NCBI GenBank assembly: GCA_012295275.1
Contig: CM022673.1
Location: 21,514,001 to 21,578,000, forward strand
Direction: 5' to 3'
Source of the DNA: Chrysomallon squamiferum
Lineage: Eukaryota; Animalia; Mollusca
DNA: 64,000 nucleotides
The translations under genes and the position numbers were made by a program. Of this stretch, positions 1-30,625 are shown one piece after another; position 1 is the first letter of the stretch; each line of letters begins with the position of its first letter. The notes beneath the pieces are model-generated. The model worked only from the letters and a program-made list of their open reading frames with translations. It did no database searches and was not told where the DNA came from.

Positions 1-419
1 AAACTTTTTATCAAGTGATCTCTACCCAGCTATACGCTAATAAAATATACAACAAACCAAAGTTACATAAAACTTTTTATCAAGTGATCTCTCTACCTAG
101 CTATACGCTAATAAAATATACAACAAACCAAAGTTACATAAAACTTTTTATCAAGTGATCTCTCTACCCATACGCTAATAAAATATACAACAAACCAAAG
201 TTACATAAAACTTTTTATCAAGTGATCTCTCTACCCAGCTATACGCTAATAAAACATACAACAAACCAAAGTTACATAAAACTTTTTATCAAGTGATCTC
301 TCTACCCAGCTATACGCTAATAAAATATACAACAAACCAAAGTTACATAAAACTTTTTATCAAGTGATCTCTCTACCTAGCTATACGCTAATAAAATATA
401 CAACAAACCAAAGTTACAT
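1..419. repeat. 71-bp minisatellite, about 6 copies, truncated by the window edge
   Basis: Unit AAACTTTTTATCAAGTGATCTCTCTACCCAGCTATACGCTAATAAAATATACAACAAACCAAAGTTACATA. Confidence 0.97.
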
Positions 420-480
420 CCGTGTGTTTGAGTCAGGTTGTGCTAGTGTTGTTTAATGGTGCGTTATGCATGACGTCGAG
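409..480 (-). pseudogene. Degenerate duplicate of the 3' half of gene B exon 6 (pseudo-exon)
   Basis: Reads MHNAPLNNTST / NLTQTHGCNF versus LHNATTYITSTADNLTQTHGCNF at 3000-3070. A 7-nt deletion shifts the frame and leaves stop codons. It is followed by the same 71-bp array. Confidence 0.7.
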
Positions 481-622
481 TAGTGTAAATTTGTAGAACG
501 TTGGCTAGCTGATTATCTCTATGTCCGTCCATCTTCCGTCCGTCTTCTGTCCGTCTATCTAATTATATATACTCTGAAGACCCAACAATAAAATAACAAG
601 TTACCAAGATTATATTTCTCAC

Positions 623-2457
623 CATGGCCTTTGGTCTTCTTGGGTGCAGTAGAAACGTGTTTAGTTTCTGTTGCTGTCGTAATGTATGTGTTTGTCGCTG
701 CTGGAATTATAAATAAATTTCAAGATATTAAAACAACAGCAGCAACAACAAAACCTCCCGAAACATATACACGTAGTCATATATCGACGTACTTTTATAC
801 CTACATAAATAATTAACATACACATATGCACGAAATTCACATATCTTATACACCCAAACTAAATAAATTCATAAAAAAAATAAACTCCGGTACTTTTTAA
901 AAAGAGGGAATATTGGTATTTACTAATATCTCCTTATTTATTATAAAAGAAATTAGTTAAAATTACAAGCTGGGTTGTTATAATAGTTTATATCAGATAT
1001 ATACTTACTCGTATCACATCTGTTGTCTGAGATAAGAGTGACAATATGCTGTTGAACTATCGAGTATGATTTGATGTCGCAAACAACCTTGACTGTTTCC
1101 TCCAAACAACTGTTGTAAACTGGAATCATCCTTGGTAAAGAAACTACACATTAGGTGTTTCAGTCAAACGCGAAATGTGTCTAATCTGTTTAGATTAGAA
1201 TTATTATTTAAAATATTATAATATTTGAGAATATAAATTTCGTGATCATAAATGTCTCGTTCTCTCATTCTCTCATTATCTATCTGTCCATCCATCCAAA
1301 AATCCTTGCATTTATCCATAAACCTGTTTATCTTTCTCTCTCCACTTCATTTTCATCCTCTCTGTCTCTCGTTCTTTATTCATCCATCCATCTATTTTTT
1401 TTTTTTTTTTTTTTTTATAAACTTTATTTTCATAAAAACATTTACATACACAAATAATCTACTTACAAACATATATTTGAAGATTCCGTTGTTAGCAGTG
1501 ATAACTTGCAGTCGTTGAAACGTTGAAAGCATGCAGCACCTGAAAATCGAAACAAATTGATTCCGTTTGCATGACCGATAGAAATGTGTATTTTTCATAA
1601 ATATATATTTGGTGTAAGGTATAAATAGCCTACATTCATAGTATATATTTTTTTAGTTTGCTAGCGAAAAATCTTTGATAATAATCAAATTTAAAAGTGA
1701 TGAAACACAGTCATTAATACTGGAAGCTGATAAAAGTATTTTTCGTTGAATCACATTGTTAAATTAATTAGTTAGATTGATAATATGATAAGTTTGCAGT
1801 GATGTATAAGTTTATTTTTTTATTTACATTTCAGTGTTAGGTCGACGATTATTCACGATATTACTGTATTACTGTCATCATCTAGTCAAAGAACAAGTAA
1901 AATGTAAGGATCTGAACTGCACTGTGTTTTTAGCATATTTCTAAAAATTAATATGAACGTTTTGTTACAGATGACACACGCACACACACACACACAATGA
2001 AAACACCACCACAGACGTCATCAGAACATAAGCTATTATTACAACAACATCATCATCACGACTGCTACTATTACTGTTACATAAACTTTATCTGCTTCCC
2101 ATCATGACTTACCAGTTATTCTTGTAGTTGATGTTGTCGTTTCTAAAAACAAAAAAGTAAATATCAGAAGGCGGTTTCTTTCTTTCTTTAGTTAGTTAGT
2201 TGTTATCAACATCATTGTTTATTTATTTGTGTAGTATCTGTATTTTTGATTTTCATATATTTAACGCACATAATTTGTTCACTGTTACAATAACACCATA
2301 CCGACAAGAAGATATAATATAAACTATGAAACAATTACCAGTAAAAACTTGATAATGTTGTTTCATTTTTGTTGTTGTTGTTTTTTGTTTTTTTCGCACT
2401 TGTCTCTCGGTTCATACATTGTTTCTTAGCATAAAATAACATACATACATACATACA

Positions 2458-2489
<32 letters not shown>

Positions 2490-4899
2490 CATACCATACC
2501 ATGCCATACTATGCCGTATCCATACCATAGCATACACAGATACATTCACCTATTAAGATGGAAATACGTAAACTGCTTCATCATAAAACTTTTTATCAAG
2601 TGATCTCTCTACCCAGCTATACGCTAATAAAATATACAACAAACCAAAGTTACATAAAACTTTTTATCAAGTGATCTCTCTACCCAGCTATACGCTAATA
2701 AAATATACAACAAACCAAAGTTACATAAAACTTTTTATCAAGTGATCTCTCTACCCAGCTATACGCTAATAAAATATACAACAAACCAAAGTTACATAAA
2801 ACTTTTTATCAAGTGATCTCTCTACCCAGCTATACGCTAATAAAATATACAACAAACCAAAGTTACATAAAACTTTTTATCAAGTGATCTCTCTACCCAG
2901 CTATACGCTAATAAAATATACAACAAATCAAAGTTACATAAAACTTTTTATCAAGTGATCTCTCTACCCAGCTATACGCTAATAAAATATACAACAAACC
3001 AAAGTTACATCCGTGTGTTTGAGTCAGGTTGTCAGCTGTGCTAGTGATATATGTAGTGGCGTTATGCAGAGATGCAGCACTACAGTAGACTTGTGTGTCA
3101 CTTAAACACGTCTGATAGAGAGCCAAATACCTGAATAAGTAGACAGGATAATATCTCATTATATTAATAACCATGTACATTATTATTATCATCAGTAGCA
3201 TATCATCAACGTTATGATCGAGCTTCAGCTACGCCGCCGCTAATTGGCGCAACGAACAACATACCATCCGGCCAGCATCCCGCGTGTCACTCGTTTACTT
3301 CACATGGGTAACTAGCCGCGGAAGCATCTCTGTTGTGCTGTGCTCGCTTTTTGTAGTATTTTGCCAAATTTCTTTTTTCTGGCCATGGATCCTAAGAAAG
3401 TGAGTGCAAAGGACAGTGCTGAGAAGCAGAAGTTGATGATGTCCATTGAATTAAAGCTTGATTTCATAGAAAAACACGAACGAGATGTGCGTGTAGTCGA
3501 CTTGGCTAAGCAGCACGAGCGTAGTACTTTTACGATACTGATGGTTTTTTGGGGTGGTTTTTTGGGGGGGATGGAACATATTAATGGTATATCATTTAAT
3601 TTCAGTTGGGAAAACTGATTTGATATATGAGCAAATCGAGATACGAGCTCATTCTAGGAATGAATTAAACAAATACCACTGTATTATTATTATTATTATT
3701 ATTATTATAGTAATTTTTGGTATTATTATTGTTGTTATTGCTGTTTCTGTGATTTTGATGTTATAACTAGAACTTTGTAATAAGTGTTAAAGTGTTGTAA
3801 TTTTAACTTTGATAGTGACGTTATATGATGTCATACTACACCGTACTATGTCATAATATATTGTAATATATTGTAATATTTTACGCAGTTATTTTTATCT
3901 TTCGTTCTGAAATTATGCATTGTATTTTACAGTGTATTATTTTATGTTAAATTAAAATAAAATAACTAACTTACCCACAAGGGTCGTCAGATGACTTAAA
4001 TGAACGACACATATCAAATTGTCTCATGCATGCTCTCTCTGAAAATATAATAAGTTATTAATGTAAAATTTATAATTAAAACGTTTTACTTCACAATGAA
4101 CTATAAGAGAATATGGATGCATAATTAGTGTGACCATAACTAGAAAATATAACTATATATAAGAAGAAAAATAAAAACAATGATAAAAAAAAAAATCCAC
4201 ACTGAACCAAAACAACAAAATACGTAATAACTATCTCATAATAATAACCAAATAAAAGAATGAAAAATTCAAGTACTATGACTATTATTTTATTGATGAT
4301 GATGATGATAAAAGATAGACAGATAAAAAAAAATTAAAAAAAGTTTCAGCTTTCCTTTACTGCATAAATATTTTAATTGTTTTTTTACATTTGCCTTTTT
4401 TCCTTTCTAAAATATGAAAATTTTAAATTCCTCATTAAATAAACGCAAACAAATGTTTACAAGGTATCATATTTTATTAATAATACTTATAGAACTTACC
4501 TATATCTGACTGATCTATATCTGAAACTAAAGAGTAAATCTTTTATATATTCATTTGTTATCAAGTGTTGTTTACTTACTGTTAAACTGTTTATGATAAA
4601 TACTGTTATTATAGGCTCTCGTTATACAAAAACTATTATATATCCCTCATCTTTAATACGAAATTTTAAATCTTTCTTTCACTTTTATGAAAATAACGTG
4701 AGTAGATGTTTATGCAAATATCGCATATTATGTCTAGCAATGTGTTTTTTTAATTAATTAACTAAAATTTATTTATTTATTTATTTAATTATTTATTTTA
4801 TATTCCGTGGTTGTTGATATTTTTTGTTGTTTTTTGCTTATTATTATGATTATGATTATTATGATTATTATTATTATTATTATTATTATGATTATTATG

Positions 4900-4935
<36 letters not shown>

Positions 4936-5720
4936 TATTCGCCCCCAGTAGTTTAGTTTTACATTTTTTGTTAAATATAACTGAACAATTTGTCAAAATG
5001 TTAATTTTTTATGAAAAATGTATAAAAAAAGATAAAAAACGGACTGTGGCTTGTGGACAAGACTTCTTACCCAAAGTACAGTTGTACCGAATGCCTTCGA
5101 ACTTGTTCTTTTTGGCTTGAACGATACGGTCTATATTTGTCTGTTCTGCGGAGTCACAGCCTGGCTTCAGTGCTGTTACACACGCCACAAATTGTTTAGC
5201 TTGGCTACAACAATTAAACATACCTCTTACCAATTTAAAAATAGGTGAGAAGAAAGTGTAAAACGATATACAGTGGTACCTTGACTTACGAGTTTAATTC
5301 ATGACAGAACTCGTAACTCAAATTCCTCGCATATCAAATCAATTTTCCCAAGTGAAATTAATTGAAATATCATTAATCCGTTCCAGCCCTCAAAAATCAC
5401 GCCAATTTTTTGTATCGTGTTTTTGAATAAGAAAAATGTTTGTATAAACGACAAATATTGTATAAATTAAAATCAAATAAAATAAAAGAGAATGTAAAGA
5501 ATCAGAGATGTTTCCACGGCGAGGTAACCACGTGAAGCAAACGAGTGAGACGCGGGATGTTGTGTTGTTCGTTGCGCAATCTAACTCGTATCTCGAATTT
5601 TGGTTTCAAAACAAAAAATCGACCGGGCGGCTACGCGTAAGTTCGGAAACTCGTATGTTGAAGCACTCGTAACTTGAGGTGCCACTGTGTATATATATAT
5701 ATATATATATACACACATGC

Positions 5721-5778
<58 letters not shown>

Positions 5779-5792
5779 GCAAGGGAGGTTAA

Positions 5793-5828
<36 letters not shown>

Positions 5829-7166
5829 TACAACAGTAACAGTAACAGTAATAAATAATAAGAACTGCAACGATAACTATATCAATAACAACAACAATAA
5901 AAAATGATGATGATGACATAATTTGAGTTAATTAATTACATGTTTTTAAATAAAACATGCAAGCTTATAATTCATATTCAAATGGATTTTTTAAATTTCT
6001 AAATCATAATTTATTTAATTAAAATTTGCGAAATTGTATAATATGACATAAATATAAATATTCGTTGTCACCTGTTAACATAAGATTGCTGTTTTGTGTA
6101 GTTAAAACTCTAACGAACCTACAAACCCCTTCTTCTGTTGGACCTAACTGTTGTCTCTGTGCTGTGAAAGTGCCAGCGCAAATTGAAATTTGATCACTGC
6201 AGGCGCCATCACTCAAGTGTGTGGTATCTGAAATACCAAACATACAGCTGCTGAAAGTCATTTATTAATATACACGATATCAGTCAACCATACACTAGCA
6301 TTATACCAGATTAAATCAGTTTAAATCAGATTATTTTGTCTTTTATCTACTTTTCTGAAATCTTATCGATACTTATGTACGTAAGATGAAATACATACGC
6401 ACAACCGATACTATGGCGTACTATACAAAGTTTTAAAATGACATCACTATTAAAACGGGCAATAAGGTGTACCAAGGTTACTGATATATTGTTGATTTTC
6501 TCTTGCTTTATCTATTATTTTTTTTTTTTTTTTTTTTAAGTTTTTTTTCGTGATGATAGTATGTTAGCATTCCAAACCATTTCTGTTGAAAAAATTAACA
6601 ATATTTCGTTTCAAAAATAATATGTTACAGTACACAAACTGGTAAAGAGATATTTTCAATATATTTTTTTCATTTCTACAGAGATATGTCTGCTTTTCCC
6701 TCAAAAAACAACAACACAATAACACATAAATAAATAAAAACAAAATTAATAATAATAATAATAAAAAATAAATAAAAATAAATAAATAATAATAATAAAA
6801 AATAAATAAATAACAAAAACCCCTAAATAAACAAGAAGAACAAACAAAACACCCCCCACAAAAAAAAACATCCGAGAAAACCCCTAACAAAGCAAACAAA
6901 AAACTAAAAACAAACAATAACAAAACCAAAGAAACAAATAATCTTGAAGAGAACTGATATGCAAATATGTCTATATAGCATCTTGTAAGTGTGTTAACAT
7001 GTATACAAATAAACAAAAGATTATTTCATTCATTTTTAAAAAATTTGTTTTATTATATTTAGACATTAAACTTAATTTATTTTTACTTGTATCAGTGAAG
7101 ACTACGACATGAATACTTACATAGTATAATGAACAGAACTGATCTGGTGATCAGGCTCGAAGACAT
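623..7166 (-). CDS. Gene B (3' end off window): secreted or cell-surface protein with at least 3 tandem 6-Cys RGM-N/neuritin-like domains and Thr-rich linkers; relative of gene A
   Basis: Exons 7166-7121, 6227-6119, 5204-5071, 4520-4500, 4038-3975, 3130-3000, 2142-2113, 1539-1467, 1130-1009, 700-623 join in frame (269 aa): MSSSLITRSVLFIILYTTHLSDG-ACSDQISIC..GVCSQAKQFVACVTALKPGC..YNC..ACMRQFDMC..DPCGYLALYQTCLSDTQVYC..HGC..ETTTSTTRIT..ACFQRFNDC..NICLMIPVYNSCLEETVKVVC..NRC..TATNTYITTATETKHVSTAPKK. No stop codon is reached within the window. Confidence 0.85.
2583..3010. repeat. 71-bp minisatellite, 6 copies, overlapping the donor end of gene B exon 6
   Basis: Same unit as 1-419, near-identical copies. 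Confidence 0.97.
3240..3681 (+). mobile_element. Tigger/pogo-type DNA transposon remnant with transposase N-terminal HTH fragment
   Basis: MDPKKVSAKDSAEKQKLMMSIELKLDFIEKHERDVRVVDLAKQHERSTFTI resembles the CENP-B/psq-type HTH of Tigger transposases. Ends in TACCACTG followed by TA. 3245-3335 is the reverse complement of 5500-5580. Confidence 0.8.
5271..5687 (-). mobile_element. Tigger/pogo-derived MITE (417 bp)
   Basis: Imperfect 23-bp TIRs CAGTGGTACCTTGACTTACGAGT ... ACTCGTAACTTGAGGTGCCACTG with TA on the left flank; same family as 3240-3681. Confidence 0.85.
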
Positions 7167-7476
7167 TATCTCTGTAGAAATGAAGATGTTTGAGTAAGTT
7201 TCTACTCTAAACCCCGTGACTGGAAAAAGAGGCGTGTCCCTCTTCTCGTCCACTTGAAAATGTTATTACAGATATTAACATATATCAATGTCCTCTAACT
7301 CGACAGAATCAGAAACCATTTATTAACATTAATTCCTTATATACATAAAACAGCCGGCAAACATTAGAACAATAATCACCATATATGTTCAGAAATACAT
7401 AGGTACACAGACATAAAGGTAATATAATCACATAGACGTATTAAAATAACATTAAATATATATAGAAATATAAAAT

Positions 7477-7539
<63 letters not shown>

Positions 7540-8011
7540 GTAAAAGAAGACATATAAAAACTAATATTAAACTGACGTAAACATAAAACTAAACATTTCC
7601 TTTATTGTGATTCTGGTTTGAAAGAGAAATTAAGAGAACTCATATAAAAATATTTTACAAACAAAAAATATATTTATTCCTAATTTGTGCAACGCTAGTA
7701 GTAGCAGTAGTAGTAGTGTTAGTATTAGTATTAGTATTAGTATTAGTATTAGTATTAGTATTAGTAGCAGTAATAAAGTTGCACTATCATGATGATGGCG
7801 ATAAACTAATAATAATAATCTTGGACCGTGCATAAAAAGAAAACATTTAAAACAGTTGTTAACGTTTGGTCATATAACAAGATCTTCACTGGCAATTGCG
7901 ATTAATTAACATGAAACACATCCAAGGTTAAAGCTAGTGTTTCCAAAACACTGAAAAGAGACGCCTTATTACAAATCATACGAAGACGTCGTTACTGGTA
8001 CCAATACATAC

Positions 8012-8080
8012 TGAGACCTCTTCAGTGTTCAGGTCAAGGTCACAACTAACAGCCACTGTGCGCGTGACTGCGTAAACGTG
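8012..8080 (-). other. Candidate non-coding first exon of gene B
   Basis: Donor CA|GTATGT at 8011 and a small CpG cluster at about 8060-8080. The ATG-bearing exon has its own CTACAG acceptor at 7174-7172, which implies an upstream UTR exon. Confidence 0.4.
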
Positions 8081-8174
8081 TCCCTGTGTGGGTGGGTGTA
8101 AGTGTGTGTTTGTGTGTGGCTCTCCGTGTGTCTGTGTGCATGTCTGTCTCTCTGTGTTTGTGTGTGTGTGTGTC

Positions 8175-8214
<40 letters not shown>

Positions 8215-9315
8215 TTAACTGAATGAAACAGAAAAAGAGACATTTTAGTACCGTTATATTTCGAATAATTTACTTTGGAAAATAACGAATTTTAAAAGCA
8301 TCCGATAGCATCAAAACAATAAAAAATAAAAAATAATAATAATTAAATAAAAAAATAAAATAAAATAAAATAAAGAAAGTAATGTCGTTTTCAGCATTTT
8401 CTAGAAAAATGGTGTACATGTGTTCAAGCATACTTCCATTCACCATCCCCATTTTCAAAATATTTTTATCTAGAAAACGCTACCCATCTATATAGATATG
8501 TATACATTCACTGTCTACGTGCATCGTAGGTCTGCTTCTTATAACGAATGTTCTCCAGTTAAATATATGTTAACATATTAAAAGCATACTTTAAACTAAA
8601 CAGTAAAGAAATAAATCTTTATCTCTGTAGGGGTTTGACGATACATTTATTATTTTAGTTCTGGGACCTCCTTAGTTCAGTAAGTAAAAAACACCTACTA
8701 CAAACACGTATAATCCGACAGTGATCGATATCTGTGACTGTTTTCAAGATGGTTGCCATTTAATTATGGTATTAATTACTGATCGATCGACTGAACGTTG
8801 AAAACTGAAACAGAGTCAATAACGTCGGGTCTTGGGAAAAGCATGTATGGAAATGATGTTTGAGTAATGTATTTACTTTACAAAACCTGTAATATTATAC
8901 ATGTTGTTTTAAATAACACTTAGTTATCGAGGTCACTGATCGTATTTCTTTTATTATTTTTTTGCGGCGGCGGTTTCATATATTTTGTTTGTTTTATATT
9001 ATGACCCTTTTTATTAACTATAATAACCCAACAAAAATAATATGAAGGAAGTTTACAGAATCAATATTTTTATTATTATTATTTTTAAAGATATTTAGAC
9101 TGGTACACTTTAATGTTACAAAAAAATAATAAACTACAAAATGTGGGAAAAAAATGAATTTTGATACATCAGCATATTAACATATTTTAATATTAATTTT
9201 ACGTGATATTGTGTTGATGTTTTGTTGTTTCATATTTGTAAAATGATTCAATGAGAAGAAACACGCTGTTACCTTTTATATGTCTATAGAAAAAATTCCT
9301 TCGCTTCCCTCACTA

Positions 9316-9348
<33 letters not shown>

Positions 9349-9678
9349 GTTGACTAAAATCGAAAACAAAATCTCAAATAAAAGTAAAAGTTTATTTTAA
9401 TAATTCATATATTTATGTAGAATAACAAATAATGATCATAATATTAAGTTTATTAAAATATTAATATTAAAATTGTCTAACTCAGCGTGGTCAGTCACAG
9501 AAACTCTGTGTATTATTACAGTACAAACAGATTTTCAAAACCATCAGCTCCTCTACAGCGTTATACTGATCTGTATAATAATAAAATCTAATTAATAAAA
9601 AAAATAACAACTCTAATACGCAGTTATATTATATGATCTATGAATCATACAAAATAAACGTTTTATTTATTAAAATGT

Positions 9679-27140
<17,462 letters not shown>

Positions 27141-27310
27141 TTTAACAGTGAGCGACCGGGTGCCGAGAGATTCGGGTACACACGGACTTGAAGTCATCCT
27201 CACTTTGAAGGCAGCTGCGAAGTGTTCGTGAACAAGAACGCGGAACGATGTGGTTGACCGCGTTACCCAGTGGTAGCTGCATGTTCAACAACGCGAGGAT
27301 CAGCAGCTAC
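27141..27310 (-). promoter_or_regulatory. CpG-rich 5'UTR/promoter of gene A
   Basis: GC/CpG-enriched block directly upstream of the gene A ATG. Confidence 0.5.
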
Positions 27311-27988
27311 AGCAAATTGAATTGACATAAATTTTATTTTGTTTTCTTTATTCTACAGCCTGGAGACAGGGCAATAGGCTGCTGAAAAAATAATGTTTTA
27401 ATGCTTTTTCATTTTGCAAAAAGTATTTGTGCGATCGAATGATTTCTTTGTGATAAACTTCAATCACAAACCGGGCTGTGCTTAGTGAGATATTAACGCA
27501 TGATAAAATATAACCTTATACTTCAAATGTGGTTGAACATACTTTTATCATATATTTTTAATTCTGGAATAAAGTTTAACATAGCGTTAGGATTTGTACT
27601 AAAGGTCAGGTTTGTTTAATTTACAAATATCAAATATATGTATTTTAAAAAACCGCCCTGTATACCATAATTATTATTAATGCACAACAAAAGTATGTAA
27701 AATAAAAGAAAATATATATAATTTAAATAGAAATATAAGTCGTAAATCATCGGCATTCTTCGATTTTACCCGTCATAAATATGACGTTATAAATCAACAA
27801 TTGTTTGACGTCATTTGCAGAAAGGCATATCGTCATTTTAAATTTCTGTAAGCTAATCAGTGGTTAACCTTTAGTAACACGTGAAACTAGTTTTCTTCTT
27901 GCTCTAGATATTCACAAAATCGCGGTTACAGTTATGATAACGGCAATTATAATTAAGTTAATGCTGGTGTGTTATTTATCTAATATTA

Positions 27989-28057
<69 letters not shown>

Positions 28058-28065
28058 TGCATATA

Positions 28066-28788
28066 CAGTATTCCCTCGCTATTCGCGGGGGTTACGTTCT
28101 TTACCCCCCCGCGAATAGCGAAAAACCGCGAATATTGGATGCAGTTTTAAAACGTCTATTATGAGATTATATACGGTACTAAATGCTTCCCAAACACTTT
28201 CTAAAGACACTCTTATTCATTAATACAGTAATAATGTAGTAATATTGCATGCAGTGATGTATTTCACTAATGCAGTAATGATAATGTAAACGCATTTTAA
28301 TTTTGTACTGAAACAATATTTTAATCAGAAAGAAACGTAAGTACAGGAGGACAGTAACACCGCATAGCATAGTTACCCATACAGTATTACTGTACCGTAA
28401 AGTCATTTTCTATGCGTACAACATATGTATTAGAATTGACAGAAAGTGGAACAAATTTAAAGGCAAACAGACAGATAAATACAGTACGCACAGTTCAGGT
28501 AATAATAATACAATTCAGTAATAATATGCAATTAAAAACATTATTAATACACGGTCACAAAAAATATGCACTGTACATACAGTGTATGCATTTATAAAAA
28601 AATACGTACTGTATTGCAATAATAATTGAAAACATTTGATATTGTTTCTGCGGTTTACCGAGCATTTGTTTTTATGACGTTATGACGCTCGCCTGGTATA
28701 CCAGCATACAATGCGATAGGGTTAAGAGCCTAACCCGCGAATATGCGGGGCCGCGAATGGGGAACCGCGAACAGGTGAGGGTATACTG
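28066..28788. mobile_element. Tc1/mariner-Tigger type MITE (723 bp)
   Basis: TIRs CAGTATTCCCTCGCTATTCGCGG ... CCGCGAACAGGTGAGGGTATACTG, TA on both sides, subterminal CCGCGAA repeats. Confidence 0.85.
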
Positions 28789-29700
28789 TATACGTATGTG
28801 TGTTTGTGTTTTTATTTCTTTATTTCAGAATTCATTATATATTTCTGACTTTTGTCTGAACTGTCTTGTTTACTCAGACGTGTTGTAAAATGAAAAATTG
28901 TTTTGTTCTCAATATACTCGCTTTATCTAAGTGTTGTTTGTTATAAATTTTTAGTGAATAAATTATTCGTATGAATTAAAAACCAGTTGAACTTGTAGAG
29001 AGACAAATTAAACTGAACTGAAGTCTTCTGTGAGACAATGCCTCAATCGCACTGACTGGATAGAATAAAGTTCAAGAATGGATTTTAAATTTCTAAATTT
29101 GTATCTAAGATTTTTTATTTTTTAAATGGAAGTTGGCAAACATATTTAATTACATTTATATTTTTTATTATTTGGGTGAACTGTCTAAAAATCTCCGTCA
29201 AAATTTTTATATATTTGGCAGTATTTACAGTATTTACAGTATTCGACACAAGCAATGTATCAAGAAATCAGGTATTTGTTAAATGATCCGACAGAAAACA
29301 AATAAAACCCCATAAATTAGTTATTTATGTAATATTATTAAGATAAAATAAGTAAATGTGTAAGTAAATAAATAAATATATAAGTACATATTAAAGTAAG
29401 AAAATAAGAAGTGAGTAAATAAAACTAGTAAATATATTTCGGTATACAGATGGACAGGTAAACAGAGTAACAGACACGACAGACAGAAAGATTGTGCAGG
29501 CATGCAGTGGGAGATAGCTAGATAGACAGATCAATAAATTACACCTTTGCCTAATCAATAAAATATAAAAATCAAATGAATAAGTAAAAATAATTTAATT
29601 AACACTACTTTACCACTGTATTTAAGATTCTTTGTTATTAATTATTAGTAGAGTATGCCGTAGAGTGACCTGAGTAATACAGTTCAGTTTTGTACCTGCA

Positions 29701-30358
29701 CGGTGAGTGTAACACAAGTATCACTGATAAGACGGTGAGTGTAACACAAGTATCACTGATAAGACGGTGAGTGTAACACAAATATCACTGATAAGACGGT
29801 GAGTGTAACACAACGGTATCACTGATAAGCCGGTGAGTGTAACACAAGTATCACTGATAAGACGGTGAGTGTAACATACAGTATCACTGATAAGCCGGTG
29901 AGTGAAACACAAATATCACTGATAAGCCGGTGAGTGTAACACAAATATCACTGATAAGCCGGTGAGTGTAACACACAGTATCACTGATAAGACGGTGAGT
30001 GTAACACACGGTATCACTGATAAGACGGTGAGTGTAACACACGGTATCACTGATAAGACGGTGAGTGTAACACACGGTATCACTGATAAGACGGTGAGTG
30101 TAACACACGGTATCACTGATAAGCCGGTGAGTGTAACACACAGTATCACTGATAAATATCACTGATAAGCCGGTGAGTGTAACACAGTATCACTGATAAG
30201 ACGGTGAGTGTAACACACGGTATCACTGATAAGACGGTGAGTGTAACACAGTATCACTGATAAGTAGGTGAGTGTAACACACAGTATCACTGATAAGCCG
30301 GTGAGTGTAACACAGTATCACTGATAAGCCGGTGAGTGTAACACACAGTATCATTGAT
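29701..30358. repeat. About 33-bp minisatellite, about 20 copies
   Basis: Unit CGGTGAGTGTAACACAC(A/G)GTATCACTGATAAG(A/C) with 31-34-bp variants; no unique spacers. Confidence 0.97.
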
Positions 30359-30625
30359 ATGGTAACTCATACATGAAAATAAATTACTGGGGGACTGTTC
30401 TTAAGTACAGAATAAGACTTCAGAACATTTAGAATACACTGAACATTATTAATGCCATTAATTGAAAAATAAATAAATAAATAAATAGAAATAGTGCAAT
30501 GAAAAACAGAAAAATAAAATAAAATGAATGAAAATTAAATAGAAAAGTGCAGCCCTAAAAATTATTCTACGTAGTGAAAAGATAAAAATGTACATCACAA
30601 CTGTCTTGAAAGTTTAATGTAAAAA

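Noticed and set aside
409-508. Possible functional terminal exon of gene B
   Set aside because: Phase-1 entry gives only a short peptide ending in TAA with no GPI or TM features. The homologous frame is broken by a 7-nt deletion.
29721-30165. Repetitive ORFs such as (CYTHRLISDTV)n
   Set aside because: Artefacts of translating a minisatellite whose unit is divisible by three; indel variants break the frame.
29701-30358. CRISPR-like appearance of the 33-bp array (also the 34-bp array at 45976 and the 71-bp arrays)
   Set aside because: Units are head-to-tail with no unique spacers, there are no cas genes, and the context is eukaryotic with introns.
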